Shown: piece after piece, positions 40,272 to 51,078 of the stretch
How the letters are laid out: each line of letters begins with the position of its first letter
Numbering within the stretch: the first letter of the stretch is position 1
Source: a bacterium
Lineage (GTDB): Bacteria; Zhuqueibacterota; Zhuqueibacteria; Residuimicrobiales; Krinioviventaceae
DNA: 64,000 bases
Direction of reading: 5' to 3'
Assembly: GCA_963675755.2 (NCBI GenBank)
Contig: CAXXMD010000002.1
Coordinates: 928,001 to 992,000 of the forward strand
Made by a program: the position numbers and the translations under genes
Notes under the pieces: generated by a model
Seen by the model: the letters and a program-made list of their open reading frames with translations, nothing else
Told to the model about the DNA's origin: nothing
The model's database searches: none

Positions 40272-42095
40272 ATGTATAAAAAGTCGACCCCTTTATATTT
40301 TTTATTTCATTATATACAAAAATACAAATTTATTCTGGCAATTGGTATCATTTTTATATTGATTACAACAGCGTTGCAGGTTTTAAATCCATGGCTGATA
40401 AAGTACGCCATTGATTATATATCTCATATTAAAACTGCTGATCCCAAAACAATGCTGCCTTTGATGGATACTTTTTTGGCCCATGTTTCCATGAGTTCTC
40501 CTACCCGCATATTACTTGCTTATATACTGATAATCATTCTAGCGACAATATTACAAGGTGTTTTCAGATTTCTTATGCGGTACACTATTATTGGTGTTTC
40601 CAGAAAAATTGAATATGACATCCGGAATGATTATTTCACCCATCTTCAACGACTTACCCAATCTTTTTATCAAAGAAATCAAATGGGTGATCTTATGGCA
40701 AGAGCAACCAATGATTTAAACGCAGTCAGATCACTTTTTGGTCCAGGAATAATGTACATGGTTACAACTTTTTTTCTATTTGTAATCACAATATCCTTCA
40801 TGCTGAGTATAAATAAAACCCTAACATTATGGGCATTACTTATTGTACCGGTTTCAATTTGGCTGGTATATAAACTGGTATCTAAAATAGAATCACTTTT
40901 CAAAGTTATTCAGGAACAATTTTCCAAACTTACGGCTACAACAGAAGAAAGCATTAATGGTATTCGGGTAATAAAATCTTATACACGTGAAGAACCATTT
41001 ATCGCCAAATTTAACAAAGAAAGTAAAGATCTTGTAGACAAAAATCTGGCCTTGGCTAAGATAAGAGCAATGCTCCGCTCGGTTATTCAATACACAACCA
41101 GTATCGGTTTGTTAATTATTTTGTGGATTGGTGGACAGAAAATAATTAATCAAACATTAACCATTGGTGATTTGGTTGCTTTTTTTGCATATCTGGCAAT
41201 GTTAACCTGGCCCATGATTGCCTTTGGATGGGTTTTAAATGTTTGGCAGCAAGGTTTAGCTTCTGTTAAAAGAATCATTGCCATTATGGATGAAAAACCG
41301 GAATTTGAAAACAATGAACTAACAAATCATTCAATTCAGGATATTGAAGGAAAAATTGAATTTCAAAATGTTAGTTTTTCATATCATGCAGATGAACCGG
41401 AAATCCTTCATAATATAAATTTAACAATAGATAAAGGCACCACCGTTGCTATTGTAGGGGCAACAGGGTCTGGCAAGACATCTCTGATAAACCTTGTACC
41501 CAGATTATATGACATACAAAAAGGTTCAATTAAAATTGATGGCAATGAATTGCGTGAAATTCCATTGGAAGTATTGAGAAAAAACATTGGATACGTTCCT
41601 CAGGAAAGCTTTTTATTCTCAGACACAATTGAAAACAATTTACTATTAGGCATTAACGAACCTGACAGCAAAGCTCTGGAACATGCCTTGCAGGTTTCAC
41701 AACTCTCTTCAGATATGGATCAGTTTCCTGAAAAATTGGATACAATAGTTGGTGAACGAGGTATAACTTTATCGGGTGGCCAAAAACAACGGGCTGCTAT
41801 TGCAAGAGCAATCATTAAACAACCCAGTATATTAATATTTGATGATTCACTAAGCGCAGTTGACACTTATACGGAAGAAAAAATTCTTAGTGGATTGAGA
41901 AATGTAATGCAGGATTGCACATCAATAATTGTTTCTCATCGTATATCAACAGTCAAACATGCTGACAAGATCATTGTCATAGATGATGGAAATATTGTTG
42001 AAGAAGGTGATCATACAGAGCTTTTAGACAGGAAAGGTGAGTATTTCAAATTATACCAGCGACAATTACTGGAAAAATCACTTGAAGAATTATGA
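40272..42095 (+). CDS. Heterodimeric ABC exporter subunit 1 (MdlA/YheI-like)
   Basis: TM domain plus GATGSGKT, LSGGQ and non-canonical Walker B IFDDSLSAVD. Confidence 0.92.
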   Translation: MYKKSTPLYFLFHYIQKYKFILAIGIIFILITTALQVLNPWLIKYAIDYISHIKTADPKTMLPLMDTFLAHVSMSSPTRILLAYILIIILATILQGVFRFLMRYTIIGVSRKIEYDIRNDYFTHLQRLTQSFYQRNQMGDLMARATNDLNAVRSLFGPGIMYMVTTFFLFVITISFMLSINKTLTLWALLIVPVSIWLVYKLVSKIESLFKVIQEQFSKLTATTEESINGIRVIKSYTREEPFIAKFNKESKDLVDKNLALAKIRAMLRSVIQYTTSIGLLIILWIGGQKIINQTLTIGDLVAFFAYLAMLTWPMIAFGWVLNVWQQGLASVKRIIAIMDEKPEFENNELTNHSIQDIEGKIEFQNVSFSYHADEPEILHNINLTIDKGTTVAIVGATGSGKTSLINLVPRLYDIQKGSIKIDGNELREIPLEVLRKNIGYVPQESFLFSDTIENNLLLGINEPDSKALEHALQVSQLSSDMDQFPEKLDTIVGERGITLSGGQKQRAAIARAIIKQPSILIFDDSLSAVDTYTEEKILSGLRNVMQDCTSIIVSHRISTVKHADKIIVIDDGNIVEEGDHTELLDRKGEYFKLYQRQLLEKSLEEL

Positions 42096-43888
42096 GCATA
42101 AAAGAAGAAGAAAAAATAAGTCAGGTACTTGACAGTCAACTTATTAAACGGTTGTTTGCATTTTTATTACCTTATAAATGGAAACTCGCACAAGCATTGC
42201 TGTTTCTGGTAATTTTTGCATTGTGTGAATTAGCTGGGCCCTATCTGATTAAAATTGCAATTGATAAAGAGATTGCTGCTAAAAACATACATGGATTAGC
42301 ACTTGTATCAGGAGTTTACCTGATAGTTATTACAGTTCAATTTATTGTCAATTATTTGAATCAATATATCACGCAATGGCTGGGTCAGCATGTGATGTAT
42401 GATATCCGCAAAATTGTATACGATCATATACAAAAGTTACCCTTGTCGTATTTTGACAAAAATCCTGTTGGCCGTCTGGTAACACGTCTTACAAATGATA
42501 TTGAAACCCTGAATGAAATGCTATCTAGCGGCGTTGTTTCATTATTTGGGGATCTATTTGTATTAATAGGAATTATTGCGGCCATGCTGCATTTAAATTG
42601 GAAGCTGGCCTTGTTAACATTTGCAATCATTCCTTTTATTTTTTATGCATCCTTTTTATTCAGGGTACGCGTTCGGGAATCATTTCGTAAGATCAGAGTG
42701 CGAATAGCTAAAATTAATACATTTCTGCAAGAAAATCTGTCTGGTATGGCAATTGTTCAATTATTCAACAGACAAGCACAAAACGAAACTGATTTTAAAG
42801 AACTCAATAAAGACCATATGCAGGCGCATATAGAAACCATCCGATATTTTGCCATATACTTTCCAACAATCGAGTTACTGAGTACGGCAGCACTTGCACT
42901 CATTATTTGGTATGGCGGTGTTCAGGTTTTTCATGATGCCGTAACCTTGGGTGTAGTAGTTGCTTTTATTCAATACGCTCAACGCTTTTTTCAACCTATA
43001 AGGGATTTGTCTGATAAATATAATATTCTGCAATCGGCAATGGCCTCAAGTGAACGTATTTTTCAATTGCTGGATACCCCCATTCAGCAAAATACATTAA
43101 AAGATGAAATAGAACCATCGGTTACAAAAGGTAAAATAGAATTTAGAAATGTAAATTTTTCTTATAAAGAAAATGAACCGGTATTAAAAAACGTCTCCTT
43201 TACTGTTGAACCGGGCGAAAAGATTGCAATTGTTGGGGCAACAGGTTCAGGAAAAACTACATTAACAAGCCTGCTTACACGTATGTATGAAGTAATTGAT
43301 GGAACTATTCTAATAGATGACCAGGATATTAGCCAGATCCCATTCAAAGAATTACGAAATAAAGTAGGAACCGTTCAACAAGACAATTTTATTTTCACAG
43401 GTTCAATACGTGACAATATTCAACTTGAAAATCCCGAAATTGATGATATAACCATACAAAAAGCAGCAACAAATGTGAATGCTGCTCCGTTTATAGAAAA
43501 ATTGCCAAAAAAATATGACCATAATTTATATGAAAGAGGCAGTAATCTTTCAATGGGTCAAAAACAGTTATTATCTTTTGCAAGAGCACTAGCCTATGAT
43601 CCGGATATTCTGATTATGGATGAAGCGACTTCAAACGTTGATACTGAAACGGAACTGTTGATTAGGGACGCTATCCAAAAGCTTCTCAGCAACAGAACAT
43701 CAATCATCATTGCACATCGCTTATCAACCATTCAATTTGTTGATCGAATTATTGTAATGCATAAAGGTGAAATTCGTGAAATGGGCACGCATGATGAATT
43801 GGTAAAACTTAAGGGAATTTACCACAGACTTTCAAGCCTTCAGTTTGATAATATGGAATTAAGTTATTCAAGTGAGGGAACGGCATGA
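42092..43888 (+). CDS. Heterodimeric ABC exporter subunit 2 (MdlB/YheH-like)
   Basis: TM domain plus GATGSGKT, LSMGQ, DEATSNVD, AHRLST; ATGA overlap with subunit 1. Confidence 0.92.
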   Translation: MSIKEEEKISQVLDSQLIKRLFAFLLPYKWKLAQALLFLVIFALCELAGPYLIKIAIDKEIAAKNIHGLALVSGVYLIVITVQFIVNYLNQYITQWLGQHVMYDIRKIVYDHIQKLPLSYFDKNPVGRLVTRLTNDIETLNEMLSSGVVSLFGDLFVLIGIIAAMLHLNWKLALLTFAIIPFIFYASFLFRVRVRESFRKIRVRIAKINTFLQENLSGMAIVQLFNRQAQNETDFKELNKDHMQAHIETIRYFAIYFPTIELLSTAALALIIWYGGVQVFHDAVTLGVVVAFIQYAQRFFQPIRDLSDKYNILQSAMASSERIFQLLDTPIQQNTLKDEIEPSVTKGKIEFRNVNFSYKENEPVLKNVSFTVEPGEKIAIVGATGSGKTTLTSLLTRMYEVIDGTILIDDQDISQIPFKELRNKVGTVQQDNFIFTGSIRDNIQLENPEIDDITIQKAATNVNAAPFIEKLPKKYDHNLYERGSNLSMGQKQLLSFARALAYDPDILIMDEATSNVDTETELLIRDAIQKLLSNRTSIIIAHRLSTIQFVDRIIVMHKGEIREMGTHDELVKLKGIYHRLSSLQFDNMELSYSSEGTA

Positions 43889-44577
43889 AAAACAGGACTG
43901 TAGTTATAACCGGTGCAACCGGAGCTTTGGGGGGAACGGTTACCGAGCTTTTTAGGAAAGACAGCCAGGTTGCAGCTATTGCCAGGGATAAAGAGAAATT
44001 AAGTTTGCTTGAACACTCCGGTACTTCCCCATTGCCTATTTTGACAGTAGCTGCTGATATAACAAGCGCTGAACAAATTAAAATGGCAATTTCGAATATT
44101 ATTCAGGGATTTGGATCCATTGATATCCTTGTACATATTGCCGGCGGATTCAGCGGTGGTAAATCAATTGCTGATACAGATATTGACACCTGGGATGCAA
44201 TGATGAATTTGAATCTAAAATCTGCTTTTTTGTTTGCAAAATATGTTTTACCTGAAATGCAAAAACAAAAGCATGGTAAAATTATTACCATTTCTGCAAT
44301 GGCAGCAATACAGCAAAAACCAAATCGAGCTGCTTATGCGATCTCAAAATCTGGATTATTGACACTCACCAAAGCACTTGCAATTGAGTACAAATCAGAT
44401 AATATTCAGGTAAATTCAATTGCTCCTGGAATTATTAAAACAGAATCCAATATTGATGCGATGCCAGATGCTGACCATTCAGGTTGGATACCCACACAAA
44501 AAATTGCACAAACCATTCATTATCTTTGTTCTGAACAGGGAGATTCCATTACCGGTACAGTAATAGAAATGCCTTGA
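43885..44577 (+). CDS. Short-chain dehydrogenase/reductase
   Basis: TGATGALG, catalytic YAISK, VNSIAPG. Confidence 0.9.
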   Translation: MKNRTVVITGATGALGGTVTELFRKDSQVAAIARDKEKLSLLEHSGTSPLPILTVAADITSAEQIKMAISNIIQGFGSIDILVHIAGGFSGGKSIADTDIDTWDAMMNLNLKSAFLFAKYVLPEMQKQKHGKIITISAMAAIQQKPNRAAYAISKSGLLTLTKALAIEYKSDNIQVNSIAPGIIKTESNIDAMPDADHSGWIPTQKIAQTIHYLCSEQGDSITGTVIEMP

Positions 44578-44581
44578 TTGC

Positions 44582-45094
44582 CTATCCTTTTATTTCTTTA
44601 TTCTCTTTTTCCGTCTTGAACAACTTGAATCCCCTGGCGATATAATTTTCAAGAGCAGCAGGATGATCTAAATTACAGGTATGCAGCCATACACGTTTCG
44701 CGCCAGTGTTCCACGCACGTTCAATTGCGTGTGTAAGAAATTGTCCGCCAAGGCCTTTGCCAATAAATTGCTTTAATAAACCAAAATAAACAATTTCAAC
44801 ATTCCCCTCTTTTTGTAGTTCCAACTCGAAATATCCTACTGGTGTATTTTTATAATACCCTATCCATGTTTCCAATTCTGGGCCAGTACCATAATGGTTC
44901 CATTGTTCTTCAGTCCATTCAAGCTTATCAATCCAGTCCCAATGGCTTCCCACAGCCATATAGAACATTTTATTTATTTCAGGACAATGAACATCAATCT
45001 TTTTCGAATAAAAATCATCATCGGTTTTGGTGGATGGAGTAAATTCATTTCTATTGTTCATTTCAAGATAATAAACAGTCATTTCAACATTCAT
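44582..45094 (-). CDS. GNAT-family N-acetyltransferase
   Basis: YFGL...IGKGLGG, RVWLHTCNLDHPAALENY..RGF. Confidence 0.88.
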   Translation of the reverse strand: MNVEMTVYYLEMNNRNEFTPSTKTDDDFYSKKIDVHCPEINKMFYMAVGSHWDWIDKLEWTEEQWNHYGTGPELETWIGYYKNTPVGYFELELQKEGNVEIVYFGLLKQFIGKGLGGQFLTHAIERAWNTGAKRVWLHTCNLDHPAALENYIARGFKLFKTEKENKEIKG

Positions 45095-45095
45095 A

Positions 45096-45902
45096 TTAAT
45101 CTTCCCAATTGAAATAGACTGCAGTACCTCGGTTCATTTGCTGAAAAGATAATTCAAATCGATCCCCGGTTCTGGGTGTCCAAACATATGACCAGTTATC
45201 ACATATACCCGCCTGGCAAATGGGTTGATTATCGTTTAATATTTCAAGGCCAAAATAAAGCACATCCCCTTTATATTTAGAAATATCGCAAATTGTATTA
45301 AAAACCGGTTTACCAAATTTCCATTCAATGACAGGGAAATCCAGTTGAATGTCTTCATCATCAAATAAACCGGATACAAGTGCACCATCAAGTTGTTCAA
45401 GTACATTCTTGTCTATTACTTCATCTTCAAGAGTACTTGAATCAATGCATCCACCCCGCAGTATAGCATGATCGGGTAAAACTTTTGCAGGTTTAAACTG
45501 CAGATTTTCCACGCTCAAAATATCTTCATCATATAACATTTGTCCAAACAATTCTTGAACCAAAACAGCAACCGGTTCTGGTGGTACAAAAGTTTGTATG
45601 TCAGAATGTATAACCGTAACGTTGTTATAATTTTCCAGGCGTTTTTTAGCAATGTGATACATCTTGACATTTGTATCAACAGCATATACATGTTTTGCAC
45701 CCAACTTTGCCATATGCTCAGAAAGGATTCCAAATCCACAACCGGCCTCAACACAAACAGCATTTTCAATAAAATGTTTGTTTTGAGACAACATATCCAG
45801 ATAAGCATTGGTGCGATTCTCATCATCATATATACTTATAAAAGCCAATAGATCATCAATCTTGTTGAAACGATTTTCATTCAGCTCATTAATAATATCC
45901 AT
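45096..45902 (-). CDS. SAM-dependent methyltransferase resembling protein arginine methyltransferases
   Basis: DENRTNAY, VEAGCGFGILS, GAKHVYAVD, QELFGQMLYDE. Confidence 0.75.
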   Translation of the reverse strand: MDIINELNENRFNKIDDLLAFISIYDDENRTNAYLDMLSQNKHFIENAVCVEAGCGFGILSEHMAKLGAKHVYAVDTNVKMYHIAKKRLENYNNVTVIHSDIQTFVPPEPVAVLVQELFGQMLYDEDILSVENLQFKPAKVLPDHAILRGGCIDSSTLEDEVIDKNVLEQLDGALVSGLFDDEDIQLDFPVIEWKFGKPVFNTICDISKYKGDVLYFGLEILNDNQPICQAGICDNWSYVWTPRTGDRFELSFQQMNRGTAVYFNWED

Positions 45903-45912
45903 TGTTCACCTC

Positions 45913-45941
45913 AAAAAAAAAGCCCGCTAAAAAGCGGGACT
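45913..45941 (-). terminator. Intrinsic terminator after the TraB-family gene
   Basis: CCCGCT-N4-AGCGGG stem with T9 on the minus strand. Confidence 0.75.
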
Positions 45942-45967
45942 TGATATTCATAATATATAAAATTTTC

Positions 45968-47146
45968 CTAAAATGCTCTAACTGCAAGCCAGCTACCAGA
46001 TATAAAGGTACCCAATGAGCTACCTAAATTGGCAAGCACTACAACCAAAAGCACTCTGCTTACAGGATTTTTCCAAAATCCTTTTACAGATGTTATATCA
46101 TTGGCAAGGGCTTCAAAATCTGCAACGGTAGGTTTTTTAACCCAAACCTGTACTAGACCAGCCACCCAACCCGCGGCAATCATAGGATTCAAACTGGTTA
46201 TGGGAGCACCAACAAATGCAGAAAGGATGGTTAACGGATGAGCAAATGCAAGAGCTGCACCCAAAGCAGAAAGAATACCATTAACAAGCACCCATATATA
46301 GATAGATTGAATAGAATGATCCAAACCACCTCTAAAAAATCCTATTACCAATAATGCTAAAATTGCAACGGGTATACCCCATTTAATAATAGTAGGTACA
46401 ATAGATTTAGGGGGAAGTTTAGTAATCTCTGTTAAATCATTTTCATTTTGAATATGTTTTTGTATGCCCGGAACATGGCCGGCGCCAACAACAGCCACAA
46501 CTTTATTGCCTGGTGCATTTCTAATTTTTTCTGCCAAATAAACATCACGCTCATCAATGAGTCTTGACTTGACAGCAGGAAAAGCCTCGGCAAAAGTATC
46601 CAATATAGATTCCAATTGGTCCTGATTTTTCATCTCTTCTATAATATCATCATCAATTTCTTCACTAAATAAAAAACCAGCCAACAGATGAGACATCATT
46701 TTCATTTTATTCCAAAAATTCAGATATCCCCAAACACGTTTCAATGTAATTTCAATATCACGGTCAGCTAAAACGAGTTCTGCACCTGTAGCTTCACTTT
46801 GTTTAATTCCTTCAACCATTTCAGCACCTGGCTCTACACCCAACTGCTCACCCAGTTTACGGTAAAAAGAAGTCATGATTAATTGAGTTAATAAAAATAC
46901 TGCTTTTTTCTCTTTAATGACTTTGAAAATATTGAGGTTTTTCCATTTATCACGCTGAACAATTGATTGATGTCTTGATTTACAAAGTTCAATACAAATA
47001 GAATCAGGAGCAACATGTCCTACTGTTTTTTTAACATCCTCTACACTTTCCTTAGATACATGTGCTGTACCGATAAGATATATGTCTTTATCATTTGCTA
47101 CTACATGAGTTACACTTTTAGGTAACTGTTCAATAACGGGTTCCAT
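45968..47146 (-). CDS. TraB/PrgY/GumN-family protein with C-terminal TM helices
   Basis: IGTAHVSKES, IELC..R, PGAEM, LADRDI, IDERD, VVGAGHVPGI. Confidence 0.9.
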   Translation of the reverse strand: MEPVIEQLPKSVTHVVANDKDIYLIGTAHVSKESVEDVKKTVGHVAPDSICIELCKSRHQSIVQRDKWKNLNIFKVIKEKKAVFLLTQLIMTSFYRKLGEQLGVEPGAEMVEGIKQSEATGAELVLADRDIEITLKRVWGYLNFWNKMKMMSHLLAGFLFSEEIDDDIIEEMKNQDQLESILDTFAEAFPAVKSRLIDERDVYLAEKIRNAPGNKVVAVVGAGHVPGIQKHIQNENDLTEITKLPPKSIVPTIIKWGIPVAILALLVIGFFRGGLDHSIQSIYIWVLVNGILSALGAALAFAHPLTILSAFVGAPITSLNPMIAAGWVAGLVQVWVKKPTVADFEALANDITSVKGFWKNPVSRVLLVVVLANLGSSLGTFISGSWLAVRAF

Positions 47147-47242
47147 TAAAATTCCTTCATCGTAGTGTTAATTTAAACAAATTTTATTACGTAATCCTGG
47201 CTGTATTGTTTCCTTTATAAGCAGGTAAAGGTGGGATACTCT

Positions 47243-49465
47243 TTACAACTCGGGTTTAAGGATAACAGTGGCCAATGGTGGTACTGCCAAATTTAATGAA
47301 AACGGTTTACTGTGCCATGGCTTATCTTCACTATTGATACCACCAAGATTTCCTTTATTACTGCCCCAATAATTTATAGAATCGGTATTTAAAACTTCAC
47401 GATAATGAGCATTAAAAGGTACACCTATACGATAATTATCTCTATAAACCGGTGTAAAGTTACAAACAAAAACGAGCGTATCTTTGGGATCATCTGTTTT
47501 ACGCATGAATGAAATGATACTATTCTCAGAATCAAGAAAATCAATCCATTCAAAGCCTGACTCGTTAAAATCTACTTTGTACAAAGCAGGTTCATTCTGC
47601 ATTAAATGATTCAAATCTTTTACCAGGGATTGCAGTTTTTCATGGGGTTCAAAGTCTAACAGATGCCAATCTAAACTTTGAGATTCCCGCCATTCCTGCC
47701 ATTGCCCAAATTCTGATCCCATGAATAACAATTTTTTACCCGGGTGACCATACATGAAACCATACAATGCTCTCAGATTGGCAAACTTTTGCCAAAAATC
47801 ACCGGGCATTTTATCCAGCAAGGCGCGTTTTCCATGAACAACTTCGTCATGGCTCAAAACAAGCATAAAATTTTCATGAAATGCATACAAGAGAGCAAAT
47901 GTAATCATATTATGATGATATTTACGGTGCACAGGATCTTTACCAAAATATGTCAGAAAATCATTCATCCATCCCATGTTCCATTTCATATTAAAGCCGA
48001 GTCCCCCAAGATATGTGGGTTTGCTGACTCCCGGCCAAGCGGTTGATTCTTCAGCAATTGACAATGCTCCGGGGAAATAGCTAAAAATCAATTCGTTCAA
48101 TCGTTTCATAAACGAAATGGCTTCAAGATTTTCTCTACCGCCATACTGATTCGGTATCCATTGTCCACCTTCACGCGAGTAATCGAGATATAGCATGGAC
48201 GCAACAGCATCAACACGAATACCATCAATATGATATTTATCAAACCAGAAAAGAGCATTAGCTATTAAAAAATTCCGTACTTCATTACGTCCAAAATTAA
48301 AGATTAATGTACCCCAATCCTGATGTTCGCCCTTTCGGGGATCAGCATGTTCATATAAATGTGAACCATCAAAAAATGCCAGTGCATGCTCATCTTTGGG
48401 AAAATGTGCTGGTACCCAGTCAACAATAACACCAATATCATTATAGTGGCAATAATCAACAAAATATTGAAAATCTTCAGGATTCCCAAACCGGGTTGTT
48501 GGTGCGTAATATCCGGTTACCTGGTATCCCCAGGAGCCATCAAAGGGATGTTCCATTACCGGCAACAATTCTATATGGGTATAGCCCATTTCTTTAACAT
48601 ATTCAACCAGCTCCATAGCAAGTTGACGGTAAGATAAAAAAGAATCCGAATTTGAAGGATCACGTTTCCAGGAACCCAAATGTACTTCGTAAATGGATAT
48701 GGGCTGAGTTAACGGATCGGTATTGCGGCGGTTTTCCATCCACTCTTGATCATTCCATTCGTATTTATTAATATCACAAACTATGGATGCAGTATTGGGA
48801 CGTTTTTCATGCATAAACCCATAAGGATCCATTTTTAAATAAATGTTTCCTTGTTGGTCTTTGATTTCATATTTATAAACTTCGGTTCCAATTCCGGGGA
48901 TAAAAAGCTCCCAAACACCGGAGCCACCCAAACTACGCATTTGATGTTTACCGCCATGCCATTGGTTAAAATCTCCAACAACACTTACATTTCTTGCATT
49001 GGGGGCCCAAACAGCAAAATGCACACCCTCAATTCCATCAACAGTCATGAAATGTGCGCCCATTTTTTCATAAATTTTATGATGATCTCCTATACCAAAC
49101 AAATACAGGTCTTCATCAGATATTTGGGGTAAAAATATATAAGGATCATGAATAAAGCGTTCATGTCCATTTTCGGCAATAACATGAAATTGATAATTTT
49201 GAGGTTTTCGACGACCGCTCATAACAAGCTGGAAAAAATGTGGATTGTGGATAGACACCATCTCTGTTTCTTTTCCACTTTCAGGATCTCTAACAAACAC
49301 CTGTTTAGCATCAGGTAACCATGCACGAATAGCCCACATTTTGGTATTTTTAACCTGTACCTGGTGTGCCCCTAAAATTTGAAAAGGATCATGGTGTAAA
49401 TTACTTGCAATTTTTTCTACATCCGCTGGTGATACAAGTTCCTGAAAACTGTCGTCTTTTTTCAT
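47243..49465 (-). CDS. glgB: 1,4-alpha-glucan branching enzyme (GH13)
   Basis: [44 protein letters not shown]; likely ATG at 49465. Confidence 0.96.
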   Translation of the reverse strand: MKKDDSFQELVSPADVEKIASNLHHDPFQILGAHQVQVKNTKMWAIRAWLPDAKQVFVRDPESGKETEMVSIHNPHFFQLVMSGRRKPQNYQFHVIAENGHERFIHDPYIFLPQISDEDLYLFGIGDHHKIYEKMGAHFMTVDGIEGVHFAVWAPNARNVSVVGDFNQWHGGKHQMRSLGGSGVWELFIPGIGTEVYKYEIKDQQGNIYLKMDPYGFMHEKRPNTASIVCDINKYEWNDQEWMENRRNTDPLTQPISIYEVHLGSWKRDPSNSDSFLSYRQLAMELVEYVKEMGYTHIELLPVMEHPFDGSWGYQVTGYYAPTTRFGNPEDFQYFVDYCHYNDIGVIVDWVPAHFPKDEHALAFFDGSHLYEHADPRKGEHQDWGTLIFNFGRNEVRNFLIANALFWFDKYHIDGIRVDAVASMLYLDYSREGGQWIPNQYGGRENLEAISFMKRLNELIFSYFPGALSIAEESTAWPGVSKPTYLGGLGFNMKWNMGWMNDFLTYFGKDPVHRKYHHNMITFALLYAFHENFMLVLSHDEVVHGKRALLDKMPGDFWQKFANLRALYGFMYGHPGKKLLFMGSEFGQWQEWRESQSLDWHLLDFEPHEKLQSLVKDLNHLMQNEPALYKVDFNESGFEWIDFLDSENSIISFMRKTDDPKDTLVFVCNFTPVYRDNYRIGVPFNAHYREVLNTDSINYWGSNKGNLGGINSEDKPWHSKPFSLNLAVPPLATVILKPEL

Positions 49466-49466
49466 A

Positions 49467-50147
49467 CTAATATCTTCTCTTTCTAGTTTCCCGAATAAAG
49501 AAAACAACACCTACACTAACTCCAAAATCCGTTGCGTCACTTTTAACTTTTTGACCTTCCACAGTGTGAGAAACAGCGTTCGCGATCTTTTGATATTTTA
49601 ATTCAAAATCAATATGCGGTCCCAAGCCAAGATCAAATAAAAAACCAGTATTCAATGCCCATCCCCAACGCGTCAGACTACTTTTGGTATCAGATAAAGG
49701 TTGTCCATAATCATAATAGTAATAATCATAAGAATAGGGTATTGTTTCAATAGTTCTAAATGTAAACAACCCACCCATTGGAGCGAGATATAAAGAAAAA
49801 CGTCCCAATTTAGTTGCAAACTGGGGGCCCAGCAAAAACTGGAATGATTCGTTACGGGTTTCAATATATGAATAAGGATCATATTGATAAATACTGGTAC
49901 GTTTTTCTCCAAAAGAAAGATAGGTTACATCAAAACGTGGAAGGAAGTATGGTAATGCATCTACACGGTAAAATACTTTGGCACCCAGACCTTCTCCATT
50001 TCTGGATATATCCGCAAATTCGGACTGTGGGAATGACATTGAAATATGGGGCCCAATTGCCCAATTGGTGTTCCAGTTTTTCTGGGCAAACCCCGAAGCT
50101 GCAAAAACAAAAACAAGAACAGCAATTGTATTATATAATTTCATCAT
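49467..50147 (-). CDS. Outer-membrane beta-barrel protein (8-stranded OmpA-like membrane domain)
   Basis: Signal peptide, alternating amphipathic strands, final strand GVSVGVVF. Confidence 0.7.
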   Translation of the reverse strand: MMKLYNTIAVLVFVFAASGFAQKNWNTNWAIGPHISMSFPQSEFADISRNGEGLGAKVFYRVDALPYFLPRFDVTYLSFGEKRTSIYQYDPYSYIETRNESFQFLLGPQFATKLGRFSLYLAPMGGLFTFRTIETIPYSYDYYYYDYGQPLSDTKSSLTRWGWALNTGFLFDLGLGPHIDFELKYQKIANAVSHTVEGQKVKSDATDFGVSVGVVFFIRETRKRRY

Positions 50148-50293
50148 CTACTCCTTTTGACTAGAAAGGATTCACTTAACTTTTGTATATTCCACTTGGC
50201 AAATAAAAAAAAGTTTCCATATACTTGAACATATTAAAAAAAACAATACGGTTCAAGTAAAAAACCTGCAAACTCGGCTCGTAAAGATAGTAA

Positions 50294-51061
50294 TTATATC
50301 TGTTTACTAAACTCAACCAACGTACGATGGAATAAATGATTCAAACTCTCTAATCTCTTGTTGTCTATAGTTAGAGTCTTTGAGTTAAACCAGTTTGGAT
50401 GTAAATACAAAGATCGGTTAATTTCAATCTGTAACCAGGGAATAGGATTATAACCATATTCAGAAGTAATGTAACCTCCATTAAATGGTTTATTAATCAT
50501 AACCGTTCCTGCATCAACACCAAAATATTGTTGAAAACATTGGGCCAATATTCTGGTAATTCGATTGTCGCACGCCTGGCCGCTGTTATTACTTATGCAA
50601 ACCATTGGTCTTTTTTGGCCAGCATCTTGAGCTATAGGTGGCCCGGTCTCTGCCATTGAATGACAATCAAAACCAAAAACAATTTCACGTCTACGGACTG
50701 TTCTTTCAATTTTTTGATGATAAGGATAGTAATGTTTATCAAGCAAATCATTGAACAAGGAATTATCAGGAAAAAATCCATCCTTGTAGATCGTTTTTTC
50801 ATAACAGGTAATTGTTTTTATGACACCATCCGGATATTCCGGGGGTACCATAGATTCATGACGGTTCACATCAATATATGCCCGTGCAATATCCGCTTTT
50901 ACCACAGCTTCCACATTGTCTTTCAGGTCAAATATCTCTTGAGTAAATGCATCAGAATCTTCAAATATTCCCCGGGGGCCAATTTGGCTGTTGTCTTTAA
51001 CCTCTTTAGGAATTGATGTACCACCATGGGGTATGGAAATTATAAAAGGTAACTTGCTCAT
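50294..51061 (-). CDS. N-formylglutamate amidohydrolase family protein
   Basis: SIPHGG, RAYIDVNR, YYPYH, DCHSM, NKPFNGGYIT, LQIEINRSLY. Confidence 0.9.
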   Translation of the reverse strand: MSKLPFIISIPHGGTSIPKEVKDNSQIGPRGIFEDSDAFTQEIFDLKDNVEAVVKADIARAYIDVNRHESMVPPEYPDGVIKTITCYEKTIYKDGFFPDNSLFNDLLDKHYYPYHQKIERTVRRREIVFGFDCHSMAETGPPIAQDAGQKRPMVCISNNSGQACDNRITRILAQCFQQYFGVDAGTVMINKPFNGGYITSEYGYNPIPWLQIEINRSLYLHPNWFNSKTLTIDNKRLESLNHLFHRTLVEFSKQI

Positions 51062-51078
51062 TAAACACATCCTTAAAT

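Noticed and set aside
40272-43888. Degenerate Walker B and signature motifs in the ABC pair
   Set aside because: This is the normal asymmetry of heterodimeric exporters (BmrCD, TM287/288 type), not novel
45968-47146. TraB-family gene as a sign of a conjugative element
   Set aside because: It is the chromosomal TraB/PrgY/GumN type, and no T4SS, relaxase or integrase genes are nearby
50222-50259. Inverted repeat TACTTGAAC-N20-GTTCAAGTA
   Set aside because: Could simply be symmetric -35-like elements or a weak hairpin; no independent support
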